A DNA stretch of 58,665 nucleotides, the filler included, from Dugesia japonica (taxonomy: Eukaryota): assembly GCA_001938525.1 (NCBI GenBank). It is 5 parts of 5 records of this genome, joined end to end, with 100 filler letters (N's around TTAATTAATTAA, not from the genome) between each part and the next. Parts side by side here need not be neighbours in the genome. Positions count along the whole stretch, not along the records: positions 22,732 to 36,523 come from MQRL01579556.1; 4 more parts are not named here. The stretch is one strand, 5' to 3'. The position numbers and the translations under genes are program-made. The notes under the pieces were generated by a model, which did not search any database, was not told the DNA's origin, and was given only the letters and a program-made list of their open reading frames with translations. Below are positions 26,138 to 36,623 of the stretch, in pieces (the first letter of the stretch is position 1; the number at the start of each line of letters is the position of its first letter).

Positions 26138-28020
26138 CCAGGGGAATATTAAAATTTTAAACATATTAATCCATGTGTGCATCATAAATGCATGTTAAGC
26201 AATGAAAAAGTAAGATAAACAAAGAGCTGATATAAACTTAACCACTGATTAGTAATGCATTTGTATAATATTATAGACGACATGATTGAACATATAACTT
26301 CATCAGTTCAAGGTTATAATAATAGCTAATATTAATCTAAATAATTCTTAAATAGTAGATGATGTTCAAGAAAATGATGTAGAAATAGTTGAAATAGATG
26401 CATTGGTAGAGTAAGAGATGAGCGATACTCAACCAAATGATGCCATTATTGATGCAAAAATGATTGGCGCATCTATAAATAATGTCATTATTGATGAGGA
26501 AATAATTGATATGCCTCCATATGATGACAATATTGATGAAGTAATCCACAATAATCCTATAAATAAGGATATGATTGATGATGAAATGACTTATTCGCAG
26601 GCCAATGATGAAAAAAATGATAAAGAAATGACTGATTGATTGAATTTTCAAGTGTGTAATAAAGAAAATTTGTTTTAAATAAATTGTTCTCAAAATTGTC
26701 ATTTGTTTGTTATCTTACATAGATATTTCAACTGTATTACATATATGTCGTTAAAATATTTCAAAAATTACATAGAGATCATTACACGTTTTTATAAATT
26801 ACATAGAAGTCACTGAAAATTTGAAAATACTTATGTAAACCAATGGGAAAACTTTTCAAAACTTACATAGAAGTCCCCAAAAAATTTTAAAAATTACATA
26901 GAAGTCGAAAAAGTATTTAAAAAAAGTATCATCCCGCGAAAAAAAATTTCTTTGTTCAATTTTGTATTTCTAGAGTCTAAAATGTAACGAAACAAAAACC
27001 TTTTTGATACTATTAGTTAATGTAATGTATGGGTAGTTTTTAATTCTTTTTAAAATTGTACAAGAATAAAATTTTAAAAAAATTCAACATGGCGGCTGTT
27101 TCTTACTTTTAAAATTTCTTTGTTTAATAAATTTTTGTGACGATGTCATTTGAAGTGTTTTCATACACCAATTTGTTCGTAAATAAAGAGCGCATCGTTC
27201 AAAAGCATGGTCGGTGCGATATCATGTTTCTACTTGACTCTGTTTTCAAAAAACTAAATTCCCTTGTTTCCATTTTTCTACCGGAAGGAAGCATTTTAGG
27301 AAGGAGATATTTTGAATAATATTTTGAATAATAAACCTAGTAATAATCTTAAAGGCTTCCGGGGAATACTAAAATTTTATACATATTAATTCATCACAAA
27401 TACGTGTTAAGCAATGAAAATGTTAGATAAACAAAGTACTAATATAAACTTAACAACTGAATAGTAATGCACTTGTATAAAATTATAGACGATATGATTG
27501 AACATATTACTTCATCTGTTCAAGGTAATAATAATAATAATAACTAATATAAATTTAATTAATTATTTAATAGCAGATGATGTTAAAAAAAATGATGTAG
27601 AAATAATTTAAATAGATGGATCGACAGAGGAAGAAACGAGCGACACTCAACTAAATGATGTCATTATTGATGAAAAATTACCTGATACACCTACAAATAA
27701 GGATATGATTGATGATAAAATTACTGATTCGCAGTCAGATAAGGTTATAAATGATAAAGAAATGAATATTGAAGATTGAATTCTTATGGATTTAATAAAA
27801 AATATGTGTGTGTTTTAAATAAATTTTACTCATAATCTTTTATGTGTTATTTTGTATAGATATTTAAATTGTAATACAAATGTGTTGGTAAAATATTTCA
27901 GAAAATCACATAAAAGTCTCCAAAAAGTTTCAAAACTTGTATAAATGTCGGTGATAGTTTACAAAAATTAACTAGAAATCGGTGAAAATGTACAAAAGTT
28001 AGATAGAAGTCGGTGAAAAT
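26138..28020 (+). repeat. Diverged direct duplication (about 26138-26900 and 27359-28020) containing a short Asp-rich ORF
   Basis: Both copies start CC(A)GGGGAATA.TAAAATTTTA.ACATATTAAT and share GTTAAGCAATGAAAA and TGATTGAACATA. SDTQPNDAIID (26421) corresponds to SDTQLNDVIID (about 27639). Confidence 0.85.
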
Positions 28021-31000
28021 TTAAATAAATACTCGTATGTATTTGTATGTATAATTTTTAAAAGTTATTTGTTCTTTCTAATATGATTTGCTCGTAAATC
28101 ATACATTTTTCGATAACAATTCTTTAGACATTGTATAGATAGTTTTTAATTGCCTACTGGATAGTATTAAATTCAAGTCTAGATGATAAAGGTTTGAGTC
28201 TGCGCATGACTTTTAAACTTTAAAATTTTAAATCTTTAATAACTCGCTATCAATACGTCAGATTGAAATTCCAAGATAGCAATTATATTCACCAAGCTTT
28301 TACGAAGCCACTTTTCATTCTTTGATCTGACAATTTTTGTATGTTGAAGTATTGCGAAGGAAAGTCAATACAAAAATTTGAATTACCGCGCATTTATTTC
28401 TTTATACAAATTTTTAAACCAGGTCAAAGTTCAGCCAAAATATATTTTCAAAGTACTTTACATTCAAACCAGGTTAAAGCTCATCACAGTATATTTGCGC
28501 ACAAGTCAATATTGCAGTTCAGTTTTGCCAGCGCGGGGAAGGGTGGGCTCATGCGCTACATTCTCTCTACACACGGTTTTCTTTGTTTTCCGAATTTATA
28601 AATCCAGCGATTTAATAAAATGCTTTTACAGCGGTTTCATTTTGATTGTTTGTTGCAGTTGAAGACTAATCATTTAACTAAAGTGATTAATGATAACAAT
28701 CATTAATTGATCGACTAATCTCCATATATGCTATACCCATAACGATTTGTTCCATAGGATTACTAATACCATAGGAGGATATTAACATTAATATTAATAT
28801 TACCTGGGGTATATTAATGTTAATATTATGTCAGTCTGGAGGATATCAATGTTAATATTATTCCCCAGGGAGCAACTAGTGTTAATGTTAATATTGAGCA
28901 TCAAATTTTTGATTGTATCATTTTTTTGATCGGGATCATGAAAAATTAATTCTGAGGGTAGGGGTGGGAAGAAAAAAAAAGAGGTGTGGCGATTAATTTG
29001 AAATTGGTTTGGTTCAGATGGTGTGTAGGTTTATAAGAGTAAAAGAGAACTTGGGATGGGTGTGGGGATTTTGATTTTAACTTTTTTGGGATTTTTATGA
29101 TATGGGCGTGTTGTAATCAAAATACTGTCTATATTGTCTTAAGGACTTATGGAGTAGGATGAATGGTTTGCTCTACAATGCGTGGTAGCTCACTAGCACA
29201 GCTGATAAGTTATCACGCTTTTATTTTTTAAAGATGTATATGTTTGTGGGTAATTGATAGAATTTTGTGGGTGATGGCTTGTTGGAAAGGTAATGTGTTG
29301 GGGAGTATGATGGTTGTGGGGTGAAGGGGAATTGAAGAATTTTAAATCCATAATTTTATTGGTTAATTTTTACAAGTAGTATAATGGGGTTATTTACAAT
29401 TTTCCGCCGAAAGACAAGTATATTGATGAGAAGGCAATTAATTATTGGTGATTATAATACTTAAATGATTTGTTTCTGTGTGTTGGGAGTGGAGTAATGG
29501 TTTCTGAAAAATGGTGATTTTTAATAATAAGGATAAATTTATTTAAGATGTTATTTTACGAAAAATAGATGTATTTTTTAGCAGACTTATAATTATGCTT
29601 GAGATGGGACAGTCTTTATATTTTTGCGGGAGATGGAACAGTCTTGGTATGTTTCGGCCAGTCTACAATTCCCACACACGTGTCGCTATGTTTCATCCCT
29701 ATTGCATTCATTAATAAAAAACATTTATTATTTTACTATTCATTAAACTTTATTAAGTTACTATTTATAAAAACTTTATTAATTTACTAATTATTAAAAT
29801 AAAAAACATAAAACAATCATCCAATAAAACATTTTTTTATAGAACATTAGTTTTCAAAGTCTTTGTAGTTCCAGGATGAAATCTTCCATAATTAGATCGA
29901 TATCTATTGCTTTTGTTTTCAAGACATGATCAAAATATTCTTTCGTGGTCAACAGCATACAATCATTAAGAAATTCCGGAAACCTTTCATTTAATATCTG
30001 CTTTGCTAATTCTAAAAAAATTAAATAAATTAATAATAAATTAAACTGTTATTATAATAATTTTGATATTTTTCATTCATATTTTCAAAATGAACACTAT
30101 CATTATCATCATCATGGTATGCGTCTTCCATCTTTTCATCATAGCCTGTGGCTTCTATCTTTTCATCATCTGGATTTTGTTCATCTTGAATCTATGTTTC
30201 TTCTATTTCTTCATTAATATTCATGGTCCCGTTATCAATGGCAGTAATTATATTTTTTAATCCTTCCTGGTTAGCAATATTTTCAAGAACTCTTTCCCTT
30301 TGATCAGGATTTCAAAATATTTTTCAAAAGCATTCATTTTATTTTGTAAAAAGTAAATTGAATTTTAAAAACAGGTTCTATTTATATAAACCTGGTAACC
30401 AATCATAACTATTAAAACGAATATTATCGAGCCATATCAATTTTAGTAAACATCAACTAATCACGACAATTAAAAGAAATATTAACAAATCATATCAATT
30501 ATAACAAACATTAACTATTAGGAACTCACAAATAATGAGCACGTGTGTATCGCAACTAGTATACAGGGAAAAGTTTTCATAAAATTAATCACTTTTAAAA
30601 CTCAAAAAATGTAAGAAGGAAAAATACAACTAAGGAAAACGTGTCAACACTAACTGTGAAAAAAAGGAAAATTACCGATTTCATAATTATAAGCTGTTCT
30701 ATTTGAAGAAATCGATTATATATGACTTCAAAGTAACTATTTTTTTATATCATTTTATAAATTGAAATTTTATTTTAGAAATCGGTTTCAATAAAAAGAT
30801 CCAAATTTAGTCTTCTTCTATCCAGAATTCATAAGAAGTATAAAAATATAATAAAATCTCTGTTTGAAGATTAGGCCGTCAAATTGAAGTCAGTGAGACT
30901 ATTTATAAATCCTTTAAAAAAAGAAATGAGAAGCAATATGATGACAACAACCAATGAATTATTCAAGTGAGGATTGAAGGCTTCAAGAAGTCAATTAATT

Positions 31001-31619
31001 CAGTAGAAGCTATCTGGGAAATCCAAAACATTGAAAAGAAGAACTCAATTTTCTATCAAACTTTATGTTTATTTGTTTTTTATGAAATAAATCTTAAGAA
31101 TTTTTATTTAAGAATTATAGTTTTTAATTATAAAAATATTTTTTATATACAATATTAAAAAACTTAATAAATAAGTAAAAGAAAGACTAAATAATAAAAC
31201 ATTTATTTTAAAATAACATTAATGATAGCAAAATTAATTATTACATTTCTCCATGTCGAACAGATACTTCTCCATTGACATTATCAAATTGAATTTTACA
31301 CAATCAATGCAATCTGCATGCAAAAATCAGCTCTCATAAACTGATTTACTACAACATCCGGAAATATTGGTTGGCGATATTCATCAAACATCCCGCGATC
31401 TTCTAATAAATCTTTAAGCATTCCTCAATTAAAAGTTAAATAAATTACAAATGATAAAAAGTCAAATCTGTTTTTGAAAACTGTTCTTCAATATTTCTCA
31501 TATTTTCCATATTTGTTTAATTCATTTTAATTACAAAAAATAATAATGAAATGCTATATATATATATATATATAAGTATATAGATAATACCCTAAATTAG
31601 GACTGGGTTTTTTAACCTA

Positions 31620-31800
31620 AAATTTTAGTGTTAAAATTTTAGTGTTAAATTTTAGTGTTAAATTTTTAGTGTAAGATTTAAAATGTTACATGCCTAAATT
31701 TTTAGTGTGTGATTTAAAATGGTACATGCCCAAATTTTTAGTGTAAGATTTTAAATGTTACATGCCCAAATTTTTAGTGTAAGATTTAAAATGTTAAATT
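31620..31800. repeat. Tandem repeat array upstream of the Polinton-like genes
   Basis: Short AAATTTT(T)AGTGTT units followed by about four units of about 36 bp, AAATTTTTAGTGTAAGATTTAAAATGTTACATGCC. Confidence 0.9.
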
Positions 31801-31813
31801 TATACTATAAAAA

Positions 31814-32479
31814 ATGAGTGAAGAGAAAAAAGTTGAAGTTAAAAAGGTTCTTTATCAAGCTAATTCAGCAGATTTATCTTTAGCATGTGTAACAAATATA
31901 ATGAATAATTTTAGTAGTTTTAAAAATTTAGATATAAATGAATTAATAGATTTATCAAAATGTGAAGGAACAAAAGAAATAGCAATACCAAAATTAGAGG
32001 CACTTAAACAATCTTATGAATTAATAGAAAAATTAGATGTTAATCAAAAAACTAAAAATTTCATTAAAGCAATTTCATCTCATTATATGGTTAAAGTTAC
32101 AAAAGATGAATGTAAAAGTTTATCGTTAGATCTTCTTGAAAAGAATTTTAACGAAGCTCTTGAACTTGCTGAATTTTATGAAAAAAAATTTACTGAAGCG
32201 CAAGAAGCTCATAACATAACTTTAAAGAAATATAATGAAACTCGAGTAAAAGTAAAACAACCAAGAATGGTTGAGTTTGACAATTATCTAATGAAATATA
32301 ATCCTGCAGAAAGAGAAGGAAAAAGAAATTATGTAAAGAATGAAGATATTACTAAATTACAACAAAAAATAATTAATGATAAAGAAGGAATTTTAAAACT
32401 TTATAAAAATAGATATAGTAAAGTACCCACAAAGGGAAGTGATTCTATTGCCAATGCTCATGTTAAATTAAAACAATAA
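31814..32479 (+). CDS. Hypothetical helical/coiled-coil protein of the Polinton-like element
   Basis: Intact 221-aa ORF in very AT-rich DNA. AAAATG start context, and the next ORF starts 2 nt after the stop. No family recognised. Confidence 0.7.
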   Translation: MSEEKKVEVKKVLYQANSADLSLACVTNIMNNFSSFKNLDINELIDLSKCEGTKEIAIPKLEALKQSYELIEKLDVNQKTKNFIKAISSHYMVKVTKDECKSLSLDLLEKNFNEALELAEFYEKKFTEAQEAHNITLKKYNETRVKVKQPRMVEFDNYLMKYNPAEREGKRNYVKNEDITKLQQKIINDKEGILKLYKNRYSKVPTKGSDSIANAHVKLKQ

Positions 32480-32481
32480 AA

Positions 32482-32748
32482 ATGGATACAGTTTTATATA
32501 AAATGTTAAGTGAATATAATTTTAAAGAAAACTCTATACAAAACTTTTGTAAAGTTAATAATGTTAATGAGAAAACTATTAAAAAATATTTAAAGAAATG
32601 GAACATTGAATATAACACTAGATCATGGGATCCATCTAGAAATTTACAAAGAAATTCACATGGAAGTTTTATTTCTTTAATTGATAGATTTGAAAAACAA
32701 CACCCAATTAAAAAATCAAATAATGGTAAAATTAATTATGAACAATAA
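32482..32748 (+). CDS. Small putative helix-turn-helix protein
   Basis: SIQNFCKVNNVNEKTIKKYLKKW fits an HTH pattern; identified by eye only. Confidence 0.5.
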   Translation: MDTVLYKMLSEYNFKENSIQNFCKVNNVNEKTIKKYLKKWNIEYNTRSWDPSRNLQRNSHGSFISLIDRFEKQHPIKKSNNGKINYEQ

Positions 32749-32954
32749 AATAAAGAGATTAAAAATATTAATGTAAAAAATAGTGGTGATAATAATTATG
32801 ATGATTTATTTTTAGAGTTGAAAAAAATATGTATGCAGTAACGTATTGTTTTATAGTACTGTTTATAGTTGTGATTTAGTACTGTTTATAGTTGTGATTT
32901 AGTAATACAACCTACAATAAAATATAACACTCTATTAAATTTTACATCTAATAA

Positions 32955-34254
32955 ATGATTACAATGTTAGATTTAGACAATAATATTGAATTTTCACATA
33001 CAGCGGTTAAAAATGATACATTAGTAATATCACCATCAGCAGGAACATTAAGTAAATTAAATTCAAGTGGAGACATAGTATTTCAATCTCTCCAATCTAC
33101 AAATCCACTTGATATCTGTAATTCATTATTATACTTTNNNNNNNNNNNNNNNNNNNNNNNNNNNNNNNNNNNNNNNNNNNNNNNNNNTTAGAAAATAACT
33201 TCTTTCCAAGTTTATTTAATTCATTAAGATTATTTTTAGGTTCATCTGAAATTGAATCAATTAATGATCCAGGTGTAATAAGTACAATGTTAAATTTTAT
33301 ATTTTCAACTGAAACAATAAAAAGGAATATGGACAATTATCAGGTTTGATGCCAGATATAAATAATGGAGATACAGATGTAAAAAATAATGGATATCAAA
33401 TTAGAATGAAACTTTATAACTCAGGTAAATTTGAAGGTTACTTTCCATTAAAAAACTTATTTGGATTCATGCAAAATTATAACAGACTTTTATATAATAC
33501 AGCAATAGAACTTAGATGTAATAGACAAATTGAAAATAATTTATTATGTTATGGTGATAAAGATGCAAAAGCTACTTTAGAATTAGATGCACTAGAATTT
33601 CACATACCAGAAGTAAGATTATTACCTAAAACAGAATTAATAATGTTAGAAAGAATATCAACAGAGAAATCAATTAAAGTTTCATATTTAAACAGAATAT
33701 GTGGTAAAACTAATTTAGAAGTCGGTCCTTTTTATTCAATTAAAATTGGTAGTTTAGCATATCAACCTAGATATATTTTAATTTGTTTTAAATCACCAAA
33801 TTCTTCATTAGAAACTAATGATAATCTATTTATACAGAAAGTTACAATAACTACAAAAGTCGAAGCAAAAGATGTACCAAAATCTAATTATCTTAAAGGT
33901 TTACAATTACAATTAAATAATACTAACTATCCAGCTAATGAATTAAAATTTGATATGTCTAAAAATGAAATGGCTCATCCTTATTTAAATTATATAAATT
34001 GTTGTCATGACTTTTTCATTGAACCACAATTATCATTATTAGATTTTGGTAATTTATATCCACTATTTTGTTTTGATACAANNNNNNNNNNNNNNNNNNN
34101 NNNNNNNNNNNNNNNNNNNNNNNNNNNNNNNNNNNNNNNNNNNNNNNNNNNNNNNNNNNNNNNNNNNNNNNNNNNNGAAGAAAAACATGTAGAGATGAAA
34201 CTTGCTAATAGTAAAGTTGTTATGATAGAAAATGTTAAAGGTCAAGATATTTAA
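32955..34254 (+). pseudogene. Double-jelly-roll major capsid protein (Polinton-type), with a frameshift near 33330 and N gaps
   Basis: LNSSGDIVF, NNFFPSLFNSLRLFLGSSEIESINDPG, FPLKNLFGFMQNYNRLL, PRYILICF, LNNTNYP and YPLFCFD are motifs typical of Polinton capsids. Confidence 0.8.
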
Positions 34255-34272
34255 TTATTTCCTCTTAAATAA

Positions 34273-35560
34273 ATGTCCTCTAAAAATAATTTTATATGTG
34301 ACAATTGTGGTAAAATTATTTTAAAAAAGAATAAATCCAGACATTTAGATTTATGTATAAATAGTGTAAAGCAAACTAAATCAAGTTTTATTAGAAAAGG
34401 TTTTAAAACCAATTACAACAGAAAAATATCCAGGTGAAAGACATTTATTTAAATATAATTACACTGGTCCTGGAACTAGATTAGATATTAGACTTGATGA
34501 AAATAATAATCCTAAATCTGGTGAAGAACCAATTAATAAAGTTGATGAATCTGCATTAAAACATGATATTGCTTATAATTCAGAAGATCTTAGAGATAGA
34601 CATATTGCTGATGTTAATTTAATACATGATCTAAATAATATCCCAAACCCAACATTAACAGAAAAGTTTCAAAGAGCTCTTGTAAAATTAGCTATGAAAG
34701 GTAAAATAATGATTGGTAAAGGTGGAACTAAAAAAGATCCATTTAAGAAAAGTACAATTATAAAAGATGAATCTGAAGATGAAACTAATGATAAAGAAAT
34801 ATTAAGTAAAGAACTACATAAAGAATATAGAAAACCTAAACATTTTAGAAAAGTAATTGTTTATGAAAAAGATGATATTTGGTCTGCTGATTTAATATTT
34901 CAAGGTATTGAATGTAAAGGTAAAAATGTAATACTAACATTTATAGATCTTTACACTAGATATGCATTTGTTGAACTTTAAAAAAGTAAGACTGGACAAG
35001 AAACAACAAAATCATTTGAAAGAATTTTAACTAAAAGTTTTAGAACTCCAAATAAATTATGGACTGATGAAGGATTAGAATTTTATAATTCATCATTTAA
35101 ATCTTTCTGTAAAAAAATGACATTCTTTTATATTCAACATTAAATCAAGGTAAAGCAGTTGTTATTGAAAGATTTAATCGCACATTTAAAAATAATCTCT
35201 TTCAACATTTTACTGCCGTTGGAAATCAAGATATCAATATTAAGTTATTAGAACAAATTGTTGATGATTACAATAACACAATACATTCATCAATTAATGT
35301 TACACCTCAACAAGCAACAAATAATCCAGAAAGTATTGAAATTGAAATACCAAAAGATTACAATCAAAATCTAAAATTTAAAATTGGTGATAGAGTTAGA
35401 ACTACTAAAATTGGAAAAACATTTCCTAAAGGTTATACATTTAAATGGACAAAAAGAATTTATGTTATTACTAAAATTTATCATGAACAACCTATAACAT
35501 TTCAAATCTCAAATCTTAACGGCAACAAAATATTGGGAAGATTATATAGTAATTACAAAA
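34273..35560 (+). pseudogene. Zinc finger / parvovirus-type phospholipase A2 / DDE integrase gene
   Basis: 34273: CDNC-x11-H-x3-C finger. The frame open from 34370 reads YNYTGPGT...PINKVDESALKHDIAY...RHIAD (PLA2) and runs without a stop into WSADL, TFIDLYTRYAF. After a stop at 34979 and a frameshift near 35115 it continues LWTDEGLEF, VIERFNRTFK, YNNTIHSSI and KFKIGDRVR (Maverick-type integrase). Confidence 0.9.
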
Positions 35561-35611
35561 AACTTCTTTATAAATTGTTAAATGTAAGATGTAAAATTTT
35601 ACATATAGAAA

Positions 35612-35830
35612 ATGGAAGATTTTAATAATTATTATCTTAATATTAATGATGATATTCAAGTAAAAGAATTAGAAGAAAAAATAGAAAATAAGAAAATAGA
35701 AATCTATAATTACAATTGTGAAATAAAAAAACAACATGCTATGAATGAATTAGAAGGATTATATGTAGATATGGAACAATTGATACATAATTTAACTTAC
35801 ACCCAATATTTATTAGATAAATATAAATGA
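35612..35830 (+). CDS. Small hypothetical coiled-coil ORF
   Basis: 72-aa ORF preceded by the shared upstream motif. Confidence 0.5.
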   Translation: MEDFNNYYLNINDDIQVKELEEKIENKKIEIYNYNCEIKKQHAMNELEGLYVDMEQLIHNLTYTQYLLDKYK

Positions 35831-35899
35831 ACTAACTCCAGTGAATGGGAATTTGTATTAGATAATGGATTAATGTGATTAAAATGTAAATATAGAAAA

Positions 35900-36085
35900 A
35901 TGATAGGTTTTTTTGATACTAGTGATAAAACTCAAAAAGATTTTGTTATTCTTGATGATGTTAATTGTATTGAAATTGTATTCTATCATATTGAAGATTA
36001 TTATGAAGAAATAGGTGAGCAATTAGTTTTAACAAATCATAATGATTATCTTTTAAGAAAATTAATAATTATTATTAATAATTAA
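35900..36085 (+). CDS. Small hypothetical ORF, paralogue of 36122-36343
   Basis: MIGFF...KDFVI...IEIVFYHIEDYYEEIGEQLVLTN aligns with the next ORF. Confidence 0.65.
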   Translation: MIGFFDTSDKTQKDFVILDDVNCIEIVFYHIEDYYEEIGEQLVLTNHNDYLLRKLIIIINN

Positions 36086-36121
36086 TAATTATTAATAATT
36101 ATTAAAATATAATTATAAGAA

Positions 36122-36343
36122 ATGATAGGTTATTTTGAATATTATAAAAAACAAAGAGATTTAGTTATTCGTAATGGTGATGATATTAGAATTATATTCT
36201 ATCATATTGAGGATTATGAAAAAGAAATTAGTAAAAAATTAGTTTTAGCAAATTTTGATGATAATACTTTAAGTAATTTAGTAAAAGATTTAATGAAAAA
36301 TTTGGATATAAAAATCAGCATTTTAGACCTTTACTTGAATTAG
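36122..36343 (+). CDS. Small hypothetical ORF, paralogue of 35900-36085
   Basis: MIGYF...RDLVI...IRIIFYHIEDYEKEISKKLVLAN. Confidence 0.65.
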   Translation: MIGYFEYYKKQRDLVIRNGDDIRIIFYHIEDYEKEISKKLVLANFDDNTLSNLVKDLMKNLDIKISILDLYLN

Positions 36344-36442
36344 AAGAATGAGAAGAAGAAAATGTAATTGAAGATGAAATTGAAATTATAATTGAAAGTG
36401 AAATTTCTTATTCTATGTAAAATGTTACATATAGGAAATAGC

Positions 36443-36523
36443 ATGTACCTATGGAATAATAACATTACACATTTTAACAATAAAGTACTTCCTAATAATT
36501 TTAGACTTTTAATGATTGGATCT
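36443..36523 (+). CDS. Probable N-terminus of the A32/FtsK-like packaging ATPase, cut by the scaffold end
   Basis: MYLWNNNITHFNNKVLPNNFRLLMIGS resembles the LPxxxRxxxxGxSGxGKT lead-in to Walker A in Polinton ATPases. Walker A itself is missing. Confidence 0.55.
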
Positions 36524-36623
36524 NNNNNNNNNNNNNNNNNNNNNNNNNNNNNNNNNNNNNNNNNNNNTTAATTAATTAANNNNNNNNNNNNNNNNNNNNN
36601 NNNNNNNNNNNNNNNNNNNNNNN
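36524..36623. other. Artificial scaffold-joining spacer
   Basis: N44 + TTAATTAATTAA + N44. Confidence 0.97.

Larger units (their letters stand above)
31620..36523 (+). mobile_element. Polinton/Maverick (adintovirus-like) endogenous element, partial
   Basis: Tightly packed intronless same-strand ORFs: capsid, PLA2, retroviral-type integrase and the start of a packaging ATPase. pPolB and protease are not visible because the scaffold ends. Confidence 0.88.

Noticed and set aside
28341-28662. Two overlapping ORFs of about 90 aa
   Set aside because: No recognisable motif; the region looks like non-coding repeat sequence.
28950-29520. G/T-skewed stretch as a possible LINE 3' remnant on the minus strand
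   Set aside because: The composition is suggestive but no convincing RT or endonuclease motif could be read.
31620-31800. Regularly spaced repeats of about 36 bp that might suggest a CRISPR array
   Set aside because: The units are contiguous with no unique spacers, there are no cas genes, and the context is eukaryotic.
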